From an uncultured Gemmatimonadaceae bacterium (GTDB taxonomy: Bacteria > Gemmatimonadota > Gemmatimonadetes > Longimicrobiales > Gaopeijiaceae), in contig CAZOYA010000002.1 of NCBI GenBank assembly GCA_964583815.1, forward strand, positions 596 through 64,595: DNA of 64,000 bases, written 5' to 3'. Within the stretch, counting starts at the first letter, position 1, and every line of letters starts with the position of its first letter. Below the pieces are notes generated by a model. The model made no database searches. It worked only from the letters and a program-made list of their open reading frames with translations, and was not told the origin of the DNA. This document shows positions 1 to 8,903 of this stretch, piece after piece. A program made the translations under genes and the position numbers.

Positions 1-773
1 GGGTCGACGCGGAGCTCGAGCGCGACATGGCCGCGGCACGCGCGCTGGTCTCCCTCGGGCGGGCGGCGCGGGAGGAGGTGCGGATCCGCGTGCGCCAGCC
101 GCTGCGCACGCTGCACGCGGTGATCCCGGGCGGGCGCTCCCTGTCCGGGGAGGTCCTGGACGTGGTGCGGGACGAGCTGAACGTGAAGGAGGTGCGTTTC
201 CTCACGTCGGCGGACGCGATCGTGCGGCTCGTGGCGAAGCCGGGCTTCCGTCAGCTCGGAGCCCGGTTCGGGAAGCGCACGAACGACGCGGCGAACGCGA
301 TCCGGGCGCTCGACCAGGAGCGCATCCGCGCCTACGTCGCGGGCGAGGAGGTCCGGATCGAGGTGGACGGCGAGGAGCACCTCCTCGAGCCGGGCGACGT
401 GGACGTGCTGCAGGAGGCGGCGGGTGACCTCGTGGTGAAGGGGGAGGGGGGCTACACCGTGGCGCTCGACCCCGCGATCGACGACGAGCTCCGGGCGGAA
501 GGGGTGGCGCGCGAGCTCGTGAACCGCATCCAGCGGCTTCGAAAGGATGCCGGGCTCGAGATCACCGACCGGATCGAGCTGGCGGTCTCGGGACCCGCGC
601 CGATCCGCGAGGCGGCGGGCGCGCACCGCGACTTCATCGGTGGCGAGACGCTGGCGCTGGACGTGGCGCTCCTCGAGGAGGCCCCGCCCGAGGGGAACGG
701 CTTCCAGCACGCCTCGACCATCGACATCGACGGCACGCCGGCCTGGATCGCGCTGCGGCCCGTCGCGCGATGA
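1..773 (+). CDS. ileS: isoleucyl-tRNA synthetase, C-terminal fragment (5' end outside window, reading frame 3)
   Basis: The ORF is open to the window edge. The translation (...VRQPLRTLHAV...ARELVNRIQRLRKDAGLEITDRIEL...) looks like the C-terminal tail of type-2 IleRS. GC3 is very high. Confidence 0.8.
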   Translation, partial: VDAELERDMAAARALVSLGRAAREEVRIRVRQPLRTLHAVIPGGRSLSGEVLDVVRDELNVKEVRFLTSADAIVRLVAKPGFRQLGARFGKRTNDAANAIRALDQERIRAYVAGEEVRIEVDGEEHLLEPGDVDVLQEAAGDLVVKGEGGYTVALDPAIDDELRAEGVARELVNRIQRLRKDAGLEITDRIELAVSGPAPIREAAGAHRDFIGGETLALDVALLEEAPPEGNGFQHASTIDIDGTPAWIALRPVAR

Positions 774-1819
774 GCCGGCCGCCCGGGCCGGGGCCCGGCG
801 CGGGGTCGGGGGACGGCGATGCGCCCGTCGTGGAGGCGTCCGGGCCGGCGTCCGGGGCGTGGGAGGAGCACGCGCTCCTGGTGGACGCGCCGGACGAGGG
901 GGAGCGGCTCGACCGTTTCGTGGCCGCGCGGCTCGAGCTGTCGCGCACCCGTGTCCAGAAGCTCCTCGAGCGGGGGCACGTGCTCGTGGACGGGCGTGCG
1001 GCCCGCAAGTCCGAGCCGCTCGCCGCCGGGGCCCGCGTCTCGGTTCGGGTCCCGCCGCCCGAGACGGTCCTCATGGAGCCGGAGGACATCCCCCTCCGGA
1101 TCGTCCACGAGGACGCCGACCTCGTGGTGGTGGACAAGCCGGCCGGGCTGGTCGTCCACCCGGCGCCCGGGCACCGCTCCGGGACGCTCGTGAACGCGCT
1201 CCTCTGGCACGTGCGCGATCTCTCGGGCGTGGGCGGGCGGCTCCGCCCGGGCATCGTGCACCGGCTCGACCGCGACACCTCCGGGCTCATGGTCGTGGCG
1301 AAGACCGACCGGGCGCACCACGGGCTCCAGGACGCGCTGCGGCGCCGGAGGGTGCGCCGCCGGTATCTCGCGGCCGTGTGGGGCCATCTGCGGGAGGCGG
1401 AAGCGACGATCGATGCGCCCATCGCGCGGGACCCGCGCGAGCGGAAGCGGATGGCGGTCGTCGAGGGAGGGCGCCCGGCGCGCACCCGGATCCGCGTGGA
1501 GGAGCGCTGGGCCCGCGCCGACCTGATCCGCGCGGCGCTCGAGACCGGCCGGACCCACCAGATCCGCGTGCACCTCCGTCACCTCGGCCATCCCGTGGTC
1601 GGGGACGCGGTCTACGGGGCCGGATGGGAGCGGGGGCTCGGGGGCGAGAGCCGCGCCTGGGTGGAGGAGCTCGCACGGAGGACGCCCCGGCAGTTCCTGC
1701 ACGCCGCCGAGCTCGCGTTCGATCACCCGGCGAGCGGCGAGCGCATGCGCTTCACCGCGCCGCTGCCTCCCGATCTCGCGGCCGCCGCGGCGTGGGCGCG
1801 GGGCGCCCGCGCCGGGTAG
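770..1819 (+). CDS. rluD: RluA-family 23S rRNA pseudouridine synthase (RluD-like)
   Basis: S4-like N-terminus followed by the motifs HRLDRDTSGLMVVAKT and GRTHQIRVHL. The ATG at 770 overlaps the ileS stop (ATGA). Confidence 0.9.
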   Translation: MSRPPGPGPGAGSGDGDAPVVEASGPASGAWEEHALLVDAPDEGERLDRFVAARLELSRTRVQKLLERGHVLVDGRAARKSEPLAAGARVSVRVPPPETVLMEPEDIPLRIVHEDADLVVVDKPAGLVVHPAPGHRSGTLVNALLWHVRDLSGVGGRLRPGIVHRLDRDTSGLMVVAKTDRAHHGLQDALRRRRVRRRYLAAVWGHLREAEATIDAPIARDPRERKRMAVVEGGRPARTRIRVEERWARADLIRAALETGRTHQIRVHLRHLGHPVVGDAVYGAGWERGLGGESRAWVEELARRTPRQFLHAAELAFDHPASGERMRFTAPLPPDLAAAAAWARGARAG

Positions 1820-1859
1820 GCGGGGCGGCGCCCGGGGCCGGCGAAACGCGCACATCTCT

Positions 1860-1888
1860 TTGATATCCGGCGTTTCGGGCCGATACTT
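1860..1888 (+). promoter_or_regulatory. candidate sigma-70-type promoter, TTGATA-N17-ATACTT (or N16-GATACT)
   Basis: One of the few AT-rich islands in the window, about 75 nt upstream of the DnaA-like gene. Confidence 0.3.
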
Positions 1889-1963
1889 TAACGCTCCCGT
1901 TCCACGGCGGCTCGTCGCCGTCGCGACACGTCTCCCGAGCGGAAAACCCGCGCCACGCGCCCC

Positions 1964-3964
1964 ATGTCGGATCTCGATCCCAAGCTGACGTTCGAGTCCT
2001 TCGTGGTCGGTCCGGCCAATCGGCTGGCCTCGGCCGCGGCGCGTCGCGCCGCCGATTCGCCCGGGTCGAGCTACAATCCGCTCTTCCTGTATTCCGCCTC
2101 GGGGCTCGGCAAGACCCACATCCTGACCGCGATCGCCCACCAGGCGCAGCGCGCGGTGCCGGGCGGCAAGCTCGAGTACATGGCGCTCGAGAAGTACCTG
2201 GAGCGGCTCGAGCAGGCGCTCGAGGGCGGGGAGCGTGACGGCGTGTCGATCTTCGACAACATCGACATCCTGCTCCTCGACGACGTCCAGTTCCTCACGG
2301 GGCAGCAGGAGGCGCAGGAGATGCTCCTGCGCACGCTCGACCAGCTGTCGGCCGCCGGGAGCCAGATCGTGCTGGCGAGCGACCGTCCGCCGGCGGACAT
2401 CGACGGCCTCGACGCGCGGCTCCTGTCCCGGTTCAGCGGGGGCCTCATCGTCGACATCGGCCCGCCGGAGTACGAGACGCGGGTCGCGATCATCCGCCGG
2501 AAGGCCGAGGAGCGCGGCGACACCCTGGAGCCGGGCGTCGCGGAGGCGCTCGGCCGGCATCCGTTCCGCAACGTCCGCGAGCTCGGCGGCGCGCTCAACC
2601 GGATCCTCGCCACGCAGGAGCTCGAGGGGCGGCGGGTCCTCGCCGAGGAGGTCCCGCTGCTGCTGGGCAGCGTCGCGCCGAGCCGCGATACGATCGGCGA
2701 GGCCGAGCGCGGGGAGTTCGACAGCTTCCTCGACGACCTCCTGCACACCGTCGCGGAGGTCGTGGAGGAGAAGGAGGAGCCCTGGCGGCGGGCCTTCCGC
2801 GACGCGATCGACCAGGCCGAGCGGGAGGGCTTCTCGGCGCTCCGCCTCGAACCGTACGTCGACGGCACGGAGCCGGACGGCTGGGAGGAGATCGTCCGGC
2901 GCTTCCGCTCCGACGTGGAGCGGCTCCGGGAGATCGAGAACGAGCTGGACGAGCTGGGAAACCCCTGGCCCGAGGCGGCCGCCGGCGTGCTGCGCGACCC
3001 CGACCGCGTGCAGGAAGCGGAGAGCCTGCTCACGTCCGTGCGCGAGCGGCAGCGGCCCTTCCCGCGGCTCGCCCGTGGCCAGATGCTCGACGACCTCGAC
3101 GACCATCCGAAGATCGCGCTGAAGGCGGCGGCGCAGCTCGTCGCCACGGAGCGGCCGCAGTACAACCCGCTCTTCGTGTGGTCGAAGGACGAGGACCTCG
3201 CGAAGACGCTGCTCGGGGCCGCCGGACGCAGCTACCAGTCGATCCACTCGGGCACGCGCATGGCGGTGACGTCGGTGCGCGAGTTCGCGGACGACTTCAT
3301 CCGCGCGCTCGGGGCGGGGGTGGCCGGCGCCTGGCGGGAGCGCTGGTGGACCCTCGACCTCCTCCTCGTGCACGGGGTGCAGGCGCTCTCGGAGACGGAG
3401 CGCGCCCAGGACGAGTTCTTCCACCTGTTCGAGGCGCTGAAGCGCCGCGGGGCGCGGGTGATGCTAGTGGCGGACCGTCCTCCGGCCGCCCTCGAGGGGA
3501 TCGACGATCGCCTCCGCTCCCGCTTCGAGGGCGGGCTCGTGCTGGAGCTCGACGGGGGCACGCCGGGCGGCGACCTGATCCTCGAGGACGAGCGGGTGTC
3601 CCTCGACGCGAGCCTCATGGTGCCGGGCTTCTCCCTCGATCCCCGGTCGCGCTCGGCCGAGGCCGACGCGTTCGCCACGGCCACGGACGCGACCCCGGGC
3701 TCCGGCGAGCCCGCGGGCGTCGGCGCCAGGGGCACGTCGGCGGATCGGGCGCCTTCGCCTGCCGACGGATCGGGAAGCGGGGCCGCGGCCGTGGGGGCAC
3801 GCGCGGACACGGGGGCCGGGCGGGCCACGGGTCCGGAGATCGCGCCCGTCCAGCCGCAGGCGTCCCGTTCGCAGGGCGGGGGCGTGTGGTACCCGAGCCC
3901 CGAGAACGTGGTCATCCACTGGCCGCGCATGGACGAGTTCCTGATCGAGGAGCTGGACGCGTGA
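1964..3964 (+). CDS. DnaA/Hda-like protein with two tandem DnaA domain-III (AAA+) modules and no DNA-binding domain IV
   Basis: Module 1 is intact: Walker A SASGLGKTH, Walker B LLLDDVQF, RLLSRFSGGL box. Module 2 (about aa 383-530) repeats the same layout (YNPLFVW..., DRLRSRFEGGL), but Walker A is replaced by SKDEDLAKT and Walker B by LLLVHGVQ. The tail is acidic and low-complexity. Confidence 0.8.
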   Translation: MSDLDPKLTFESFVVGPANRLASAAARRAADSPGSSYNPLFLYSASGLGKTHILTAIAHQAQRAVPGGKLEYMALEKYLERLEQALEGGERDGVSIFDNIDILLLDDVQFLTGQQEAQEMLLRTLDQLSAAGSQIVLASDRPPADIDGLDARLLSRFSGGLIVDIGPPEYETRVAIIRRKAEERGDTLEPGVAEALGRHPFRNVRELGGALNRILATQELEGRRVLAEEVPLLLGSVAPSRDTIGEAERGEFDSFLDDLLHTVAEVVEEKEEPWRRAFRDAIDQAEREGFSALRLEPYVDGTEPDGWEEIVRRFRSDVERLREIENELDELGNPWPEAAAGVLRDPDRVQEAESLLTSVRERQRPFPRLARGQMLDDLDDHPKIALKAAAQLVATERPQYNPLFVWSKDEDLAKTLLGAAGRSYQSIHSGTRMAVTSVREFADDFIRALGAGVAGAWRERWWTLDLLLVHGVQALSETERAQDEFFHLFEALKRRGARVMLVADRPPAALEGIDDRLRSRFEGGLVLELDGGTPGGDLILEDERVSLDASLMVPGFSLDPRSRSAEADAFATATDATPGSGEPAGVGARGTSADRAPSPADGSGSGAAAVGARADTGAGRATGPEIAPVQPQASRSQGGGVWYPSPENVVIHWPRMDEFLIEELDA

Positions 3965-3980
3965 GCGCGGAGGCTGCCTG

Positions 3981-5600
3981 ATGGCCATCGAGGGCGCGCT
4001 CCAGGACGTCAGCCTGGCCGACATCTGCCAGCTCCTCGGCATGGGCCGCAAGACCGGGTGCCTGAGCATCACGGACCGCTCGAACTTCGGCTACATCTAC
4101 TTCCAGAAGGGCCGGGTGATCTACGCGTCCGTGCTCAACCGGCGCGACCGCCTGGGCGAGCTCCTGGTGCGCAACCACGTGATCACGCGCAAGGATCTCT
4201 CGGCCGCCATGGAGACCCAGTCGAAGCAGCGGAACCGGCGGCTCGGCGAGATCCTGATCGCGCAGGGGGCGCTCAGCCGCGAGGACCTGCGCCGCTACAT
4301 CCAGCTCCAGGTGGAGGAGGCGGTGTACCACCTCTTCACCTGGCCGCAGGGCTCCTTCCACTTCGACAGCGACCAGATGCCCGAGGAGGACGGGCTCCTC
4401 CTCGTGGACATCCCGCCCGAGGCGCTCCTCATGGAGGGGGCGCGGCGCGTCGACGAGTGGAGCCTGGTCGAGAAGAAGATCCCCTCCTTCGACCTCGTCT
4501 TCCAGCTCGACAAGAACCCCGAGGACGTCGACGGCGACTTCGAGCTCACGCGCGAGCAGAAGAAGCTCCTCCCGTTCATCGACGGCCAGCGCACGGTCCA
4601 CGAGATCATGAACGAGGCGGGCCTCGTCGAGTTCGACACCGGCAAGGCGCTCTACGGGCTCATCCAGGCCGGCTTCGTGTCCCGCTCCGGCGAGCGCAGC
4701 ACCCAGGAGGAGACGGGGGGCGACGAGGCGCTCCAGCAGCACCTGAACGTCGGGGTGGCGTTCTACCGCTCGGGGATGCTCGAGGATGCCGCGCGGGAGT
4801 TCGAGGAAGCGCTCGCCATCGATCCCCGCCAGGCGCGCGCGAACTTCATGATGGGGCTGATCGCGTTCCGGCGGGCGCGGCTCGAGGAGGCGCTCGAGCA
4901 CTTCGGCTCGATGCCCCCGGGGTACGCGGAGAGCTACGCGGTCCATCGCAACACCGCCCTCACCCTCGAGGCGCTCGGCCGCTACGACGAGGCGCTCGAG
5001 GCGCTCGAGGCCGCCAGGGCGGTGCGTCCCAAGGATCACGAGATCTACCTCGCCCGCGGGATCATCCACTTCAAGGCGCGGCGGATCTCCGACGCGCTGG
5101 AGTCGTTCCGTCGCTACCGCACCTATCCCGGGCTGAAGGTCCCGGCCCAGGAGTACTACGCCTACACGGTGCTCGCGGCCGCCGTGGGGGGCGACCTCGA
5201 CTTCGCCGTCGCGGTCGGACAGGAGGGGATGGGGCATTATCCCGACTCCGGTCCGATCATGGTGAACACGGGCGCCGTGCTCGAGCGCAGGGGCGACGTG
5301 GACGCCGCCGCGGCGCTCTACAAGCGGGCGGTCGCGGTGACGCCGCCGCCCCCGCAGGCGCACAAGAACCTGGGCGACCAGGCCTACGCGCACGGCGACA
5401 TGGACGCGGCGCGGGTGCAGTACGAAAAGACGGTGAAGCTCGCGCCGCGCCTCGGCGACGACGTGTACCTGAGGCTCGGGACGATGGCGTACAAGGACAA
5501 CGACCGGGACGTGGCGCTGCTCCTGTGGCGGCGCGCCCTGGACATCAACCCGCACAACGAGGCGGTACGCGCCAACCTGGAGATGCTCGGAAGCGAGTGA
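3981..5600 (+). CDS. DUF4388-domain protein with tandem MshEN-like 24-residue motifs and C-terminal TPR repeats
   Basis: N-terminus GALQDVSLADICQLLGMGRKTGCLSI...IYFQKGRVIYA (DUF4388 pattern). Then RLGELLVRNHVITRKDLSAAMETQ, a 6-aa spacer, and RLGEILIAQGALSREDLRRYIQLQ. TPR-like repeats follow from about aa 250. A GGAGG lies 7 nt upstream of the ATG. Confidence 0.85.
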   Translation: MAIEGALQDVSLADICQLLGMGRKTGCLSITDRSNFGYIYFQKGRVIYASVLNRRDRLGELLVRNHVITRKDLSAAMETQSKQRNRRLGEILIAQGALSREDLRRYIQLQVEEAVYHLFTWPQGSFHFDSDQMPEEDGLLLVDIPPEALLMEGARRVDEWSLVEKKIPSFDLVFQLDKNPEDVDGDFELTREQKKLLPFIDGQRTVHEIMNEAGLVEFDTGKALYGLIQAGFVSRSGERSTQEETGGDEALQQHLNVGVAFYRSGMLEDAAREFEEALAIDPRQARANFMMGLIAFRRARLEEALEHFGSMPPGYAESYAVHRNTALTLEALGRYDEALEALEAARAVRPKDHEIYLARGIIHFKARRISDALESFRRYRTYPGLKVPAQEYYAYTVLAAAVGGDLDFAVAVGQEGMGHYPDSGPIMVNTGAVLERRGDVDAAAALYKRAVAVTPPPPQAHKNLGDQAYAHGDMDAARVQYEKTVKLAPRLGDDVYLRLGTMAYKDNDRDVALLLWRRALDINPHNEAVRANLEMLGSE

Positions 5601-6652
5601 GACGCGCCGGAAGGGCCTCGTGCTCGGCGGCGCGTGTCGCGGCCCTCGTGCTCGCGCTGCTGCTCGGCGCGGGGACCGCGGGGTCGGAGGCGCAGGTTCC
5701 GCCCACCCTCGACGGCGCTCCCTACCAGAGCATCCGCGGCCACCGGGCCACCGTGTACTTCGTCGCGGGGCAGGCCGCGCTCGCCGAGCGGGTGCGCACC
5801 CTCCTCGACGCGCAGCCGCCGTTGCCGGCCCTCCCGCCCGAGCTGCCGAGCGGGGTCCATGCCGTCCTCGCGCACACGCCGGCCGCCCTCGACGCCGTCA
5901 CGGGCGGCGTGGTCCCGGAGTGGCGGGCCGGGGTCGCGGTCCCGGCCCGGATGCTCCTGGTGATCCCGACCGGGGAGGGCACGGGCGTGCTCGATGCGGA
6001 GGGCCTCCGCACGATCCGCCACGAGTGGGCGCACCTCGGGCTGCACGCCTACCTCGAGGGGCGCCGGGTGCCGCGCTGGTTCAGCGAGGGCTACGCGGAG
6101 TGGGCGGCGGGCGGTTTCGATGCGATGGACGCGTGGCGCCTGCGGGTCGGGCTCGCGCTCGGCAGCACCCCCTCGCTCGACTCGGTCGCGCTGGCCTGGC
6201 CGGCCGGGCGCGAGCAGGCGCGCACGGCATACCTGCTCGCCGCCAGCGCCGTCTCCTACCTCGTGGAGGCGGGGGGCGAGCGCGGGCTCGCGCTCTTCCT
6301 CGAGCGCTGGCGGGCCGGCGGCTCGTTCGAGGAGGCGCTGCGCGCCACCTATGGCGTCACCAGCGGCCAGCTCGAGGAGGACTGGCGCGCGTACGTGAAG
6401 GACCGCTTCGGCTGGCTGTTCGTCCTCGCCCGCTCGAGCGTCTTCTGGCTCGTGCTCGCCGTGGTCCTCCTCTTCATGGTGCGCGTGCGACGGCGGCGGA
6501 ACCGGGAGGCGCTCGCCCGGCTCCGGGCCGACGAGCCGCCGGACGTGCCGGCGTACTGGGAGGACCCGGAGGGACGTCCCCCGGAGCCGCCCGCGCCGCC
6601 CCCGGCTCCCGGCGAACACCCGGTGGACCCACGGGACGGGTTGGGGGGGTAG
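5597..6652 (+). CDS. membrane-anchored MA-clan (HExxH) metallopeptidase-like protein
   Basis: The GTG at 5597 overlaps the upstream stop (GTGA). Signal peptide [19 protein letters not shown]; HEWAH followed by FSEGYAEW; C-terminal TM helix [13 protein letters not shown] and a Pro-rich tail. Confidence 0.75.
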   Translation: MRRAGRASCSAARVAALVLALLLGAGTAGSEAQVPPTLDGAPYQSIRGHRATVYFVAGQAALAERVRTLLDAQPPLPALPPELPSGVHAVLAHTPAALDAVTGGVVPEWRAGVAVPARMLLVIPTGEGTGVLDAEGLRTIRHEWAHLGLHAYLEGRRVPRWFSEGYAEWAAGGFDAMDAWRLRVGLALGSTPSLDSVALAWPAGREQARTAYLLAASAVSYLVEAGGERGLALFLERWRAGGSFEEALRATYGVTSGQLEEDWRAYVKDRFGWLFVLARSSVFWLVLAVVLLFMVRVRRRRNREALARLRADEPPDVPAYWEDPEGRPPEPPAPPPAPGEHPVDPRDGLGG

Positions 6653-6660
6653 CATCGAGC

Positions 6661-8067
6661 ATGACCGATCCGACCATGCACCGCATCCTGGTCGTCGACG
6701 ACGACGTCGACGGCCTCGAAGTCCTGCGCATGCGCCTCACGCACGCAGGGTACGCCGTCGAGACCGCCGAGAGCGCCGAGCGCGCCCTGTCGCGCGTCAG
6801 CAAGTTCGAGCCCGAGCTCATCGTGACCGACGTCCGCATGTCGGGGATGAACGGTCTCGAGCTGCTCGAGAAGGTCCGCAGCACCATGGAGAACGTCGAG
6901 GTCGTCGTCATGACGGCCCACGACGACATGGAGACGGCCGTGACCGCCATGAAGGCCGGCGCGTTCGACTTCCTCGTGAAGCCGGTCGACCCCAAGGCGG
7001 TCCAGGGGCTCGCCGAGCGCTGCTTCCGCGAGCAGGCGCTCGCGATCGCGGCCCGGGTGGAGAGCGACCGGAAGACGGACGTGCAGGGTGCCCTGCCGCG
7101 TGGCCAGCTCGTCGGGCGCAGCCCCGCCATGATCGAGATCTACAAGACGATCGGCGTGCTGGCCCGCAACCGCGCGACGGTGCTCGTCCGCGGCGAGACC
7201 GGCACCGGCAAGGAGGTGATCGCGCGGGCGATCCACCAGCACTCCGTGCACGCGGACGAGCCCTTCATCGCGGTGAACTGCACCGCGCTCACGGACACGC
7301 TGCTCGAGTCCGAGCTCTTCGGTCACGTGAAGGGCGCGTTCACCGGGGCCGCCGGGGCCCGCAAGGGCTACTTCGAGCTCGCCAAGAAGGGCACGATCTT
7401 TCTCGACGAGATCGGCGACACGAGCCTCGAGCTCCAGGCGAAGCTGCTGCGCGTGCTCCAGGAGCGGCGCTTCTACCCGGTCGGCGGCGAGGAGGCGCGA
7501 CGCACCGAGGCGCGGGTGATCGCGGCCACGCACCAGCCGATCGAGAGGCTCATCGAGGAAGGGCGCTTCCGCGAGGACCTGTACTTCCGGCTCCAGGTCG
7601 TGGAGATCGAGGTCCCGCCGCTCCGCGCGCGCCCGGAGGACATCGAGCTGATCGCGCATGCGCTCCTCGGCCGCATCCGCGACGAGACGCACCGCGACGT
7701 GCGGCGGATCTCCGACGCGGCGATGGCGAAGCTGCGTGGCCACGACTGGCCCGGGAACGTGCGCGAGCTGGAGAACGCGCTCATGCGCGCCGCGATCATG
7801 GCGCGCGGGACGATCATCGGCCCCGACCACCTGATCCTCGGCGACGAGGAGGGGCCGAGCATCCACGGGGTCGATCTCTCGCTGCAGAGCGCCATCGGCC
7901 GGCACATCCGCATGGTGCTGGAGGGCGCGGACGGGGACGAGCTCCTGGCGGCCGAGCAGCTCCGGATCAGCGTCGACGAGCTGCGCGGGCACCTGGCGAG
8001 CGACGGCGGCTGGATCCGGCGGAGGTCCCGGTCGGCCGACGCGCCGGCCTGGCTCGAGCTGGACTGA
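6661..8067 (+). CDS. sigma-54-dependent response regulator (NtrC family), no adjacent kinase
   Basis: Receiver domain (ILVVDDD...[13 protein letters not shown]), AAA+ domain with GETGTGKE and GAFTGA, and a C-terminal HTH ([16 protein letters not shown]). Confidence 0.9.
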   Translation: MTDPTMHRILVVDDDVDGLEVLRMRLTHAGYAVETAESAERALSRVSKFEPELIVTDVRMSGMNGLELLEKVRSTMENVEVVVMTAHDDMETAVTAMKAGAFDFLVKPVDPKAVQGLAERCFREQALAIAARVESDRKTDVQGALPRGQLVGRSPAMIEIYKTIGVLARNRATVLVRGETGTGKEVIARAIHQHSVHADEPFIAVNCTALTDTLLESELFGHVKGAFTGAAGARKGYFELAKKGTIFLDEIGDTSLELQAKLLRVLQERRFYPVGGEEARRTEARVIAATHQPIERLIEEGRFREDLYFRLQVVEIEVPPLRARPEDIELIAHALLGRIRDETHRDVRRISDAAMAKLRGHDWPGNVRELENALMRAAIMARGTIIGPDHLILGDEEGPSIHGVDLSLQSAIGRHIRMVLEGADGDELLAAEQLRISVDELRGHLASDGGWIRRRSRSADAPAWLELD

Positions 8068-8104
8068 CCGGGCTGCGCGGTCCGCTCCGCCCGTTCCGAT
8101 ATGA

Positions 8105-8133
8105 TTGACCGGGCCGGATCCGGCGGATAGCAT
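8105..8133 (+). promoter_or_regulatory. candidate promoter TTGACC-N17-TAGCAT
   Basis: AT-richer island. The -10 ends about 9 nt before the ATG at 8143, which implies a very short or absent leader. Confidence 0.3.
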
Positions 8134-8142
8134 AGGGGCGCC

Positions 8143-8403
8143 ATGACGTCCCGAGCCTCCCAGAGCACCCGACCCCGCCGGTCCGAGAAGCGGGAAGCGC
8201 GCGTGCGCCGCACCGCCTCCGGTGCTGCGGGCGAGGACCGTCGCGCCCTTCGCTTCACGAAAGTGAACGCGATCTTCGCCGGGTCGGGGCTGCTGACCCT
8301 CGCGCTCGGGTACTGGCTCCTCGGCGAGGGCTCGATCACGGCCGCGCCGCTCCTGCTCGTGCTCGCCTACGTGGTCCTGCTCCCGCTGGCGATCATCCGC
8401 TAG
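8143..8403 (+). CDS. small membrane protein (basic N-terminus, two predicted TM helices)
   Basis: High GC3. Hydrophobic segments IFAGSGLLTLALGYWLL and AAPLLLVLAYVVLLPLAII. No family recognised. Confidence 0.55.
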   Translation: MTSRASQSTRPRRSEKREARVRRTASGAAGEDRRALRFTKVNAIFAGSGLLTLALGYWLLGEGSITAAPLLLVLAYVVLLPLAIIR

Positions 8404-8488
8404 CGAGCCCCCGTCGGCGACTCCTCGCCGGCGACCCTCCCGACGTACCGCCCCGGGGCGGACGCCCGCTCTTGCGTCCGGCCGTGCG

Positions 8489-8518
8489 CATCCATACGAT
8501 ATCGTATATATACGGATG
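8489..8518. promoter_or_regulatory. composite operator-like dyad: two overlapping perfect palindromes (ATACGATATCGTAT, CGTATATATACG) flanked by CATCC/GGATG
   Basis: Read directly from the sequence. It overlaps a TTGCGT-N17-TACGAT promoter-like element (8472-8500), about 60 nt upstream of the PadR gene. Confidence 0.45.
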
Positions 8519-8573
8519 CGTAGAGATGGGCGGCCTTCCGACCGCCCTTCCGGACCTGCCCCGGAGCCGACCG

Positions 8574-8903
8574 ATGAAGACGCCCTGGTTCCACATCCTG
8601 CTCGCGCTCGCCGACGCCACGCTGCACGGCACCGCGATCATGGAGGACGTGCTCGACCGCTCCGGGGGTCGGGTGCGGCTCTGGCCCGGCATGCTCTACG
8701 GATCGCTGAGGGACCTGGAGGAGGCCGGCTGGATCCGCGAGGTGGATGCGCCGCCGGACGCGCCCACGGAGGGCGGCCGGCGACGGTTCTACCGGATCAC
8801 GCGCGAGGGGCGGCGGGTGCTGCACGACGAGGTCGAGCGTCTGAGCGCGCTCGTGCGGGCGGCCCGGGCGAAGCGGATCGGCGCGGGGGGCGAGCACGCA
8901 TGA
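8574..8903 (+). CDS. PadR-family transcriptional regulator
   Basis: wHTH pattern: HILLALADATLHGTAIMEDV...LYGSLRDLEEAGWI...RRRFYRITREGRRVL. Confidence 0.9.
   Translation: MKTPWFHILLALADATLHGTAIMEDVLDRSGGRVRLWPGMLYGSLRDLEEAGWIREVDAPPDAPTEGGRRRFYRITREGRRVLHDEVERLSALVRAARAKRIGAGGEHA

Noticed and set aside
1820-3964. The DnaA-like gene as a marker of the chromosomal replication origin.
   Set aside because: The protein has no DNA-binding domain IV. I found no TTATCCACA-type DnaA boxes in the flanking intergenic DNA. There is no dnaN, recF or gyrB nearby. The neighbours are ileS and rluD on one side and signalling genes on the other.
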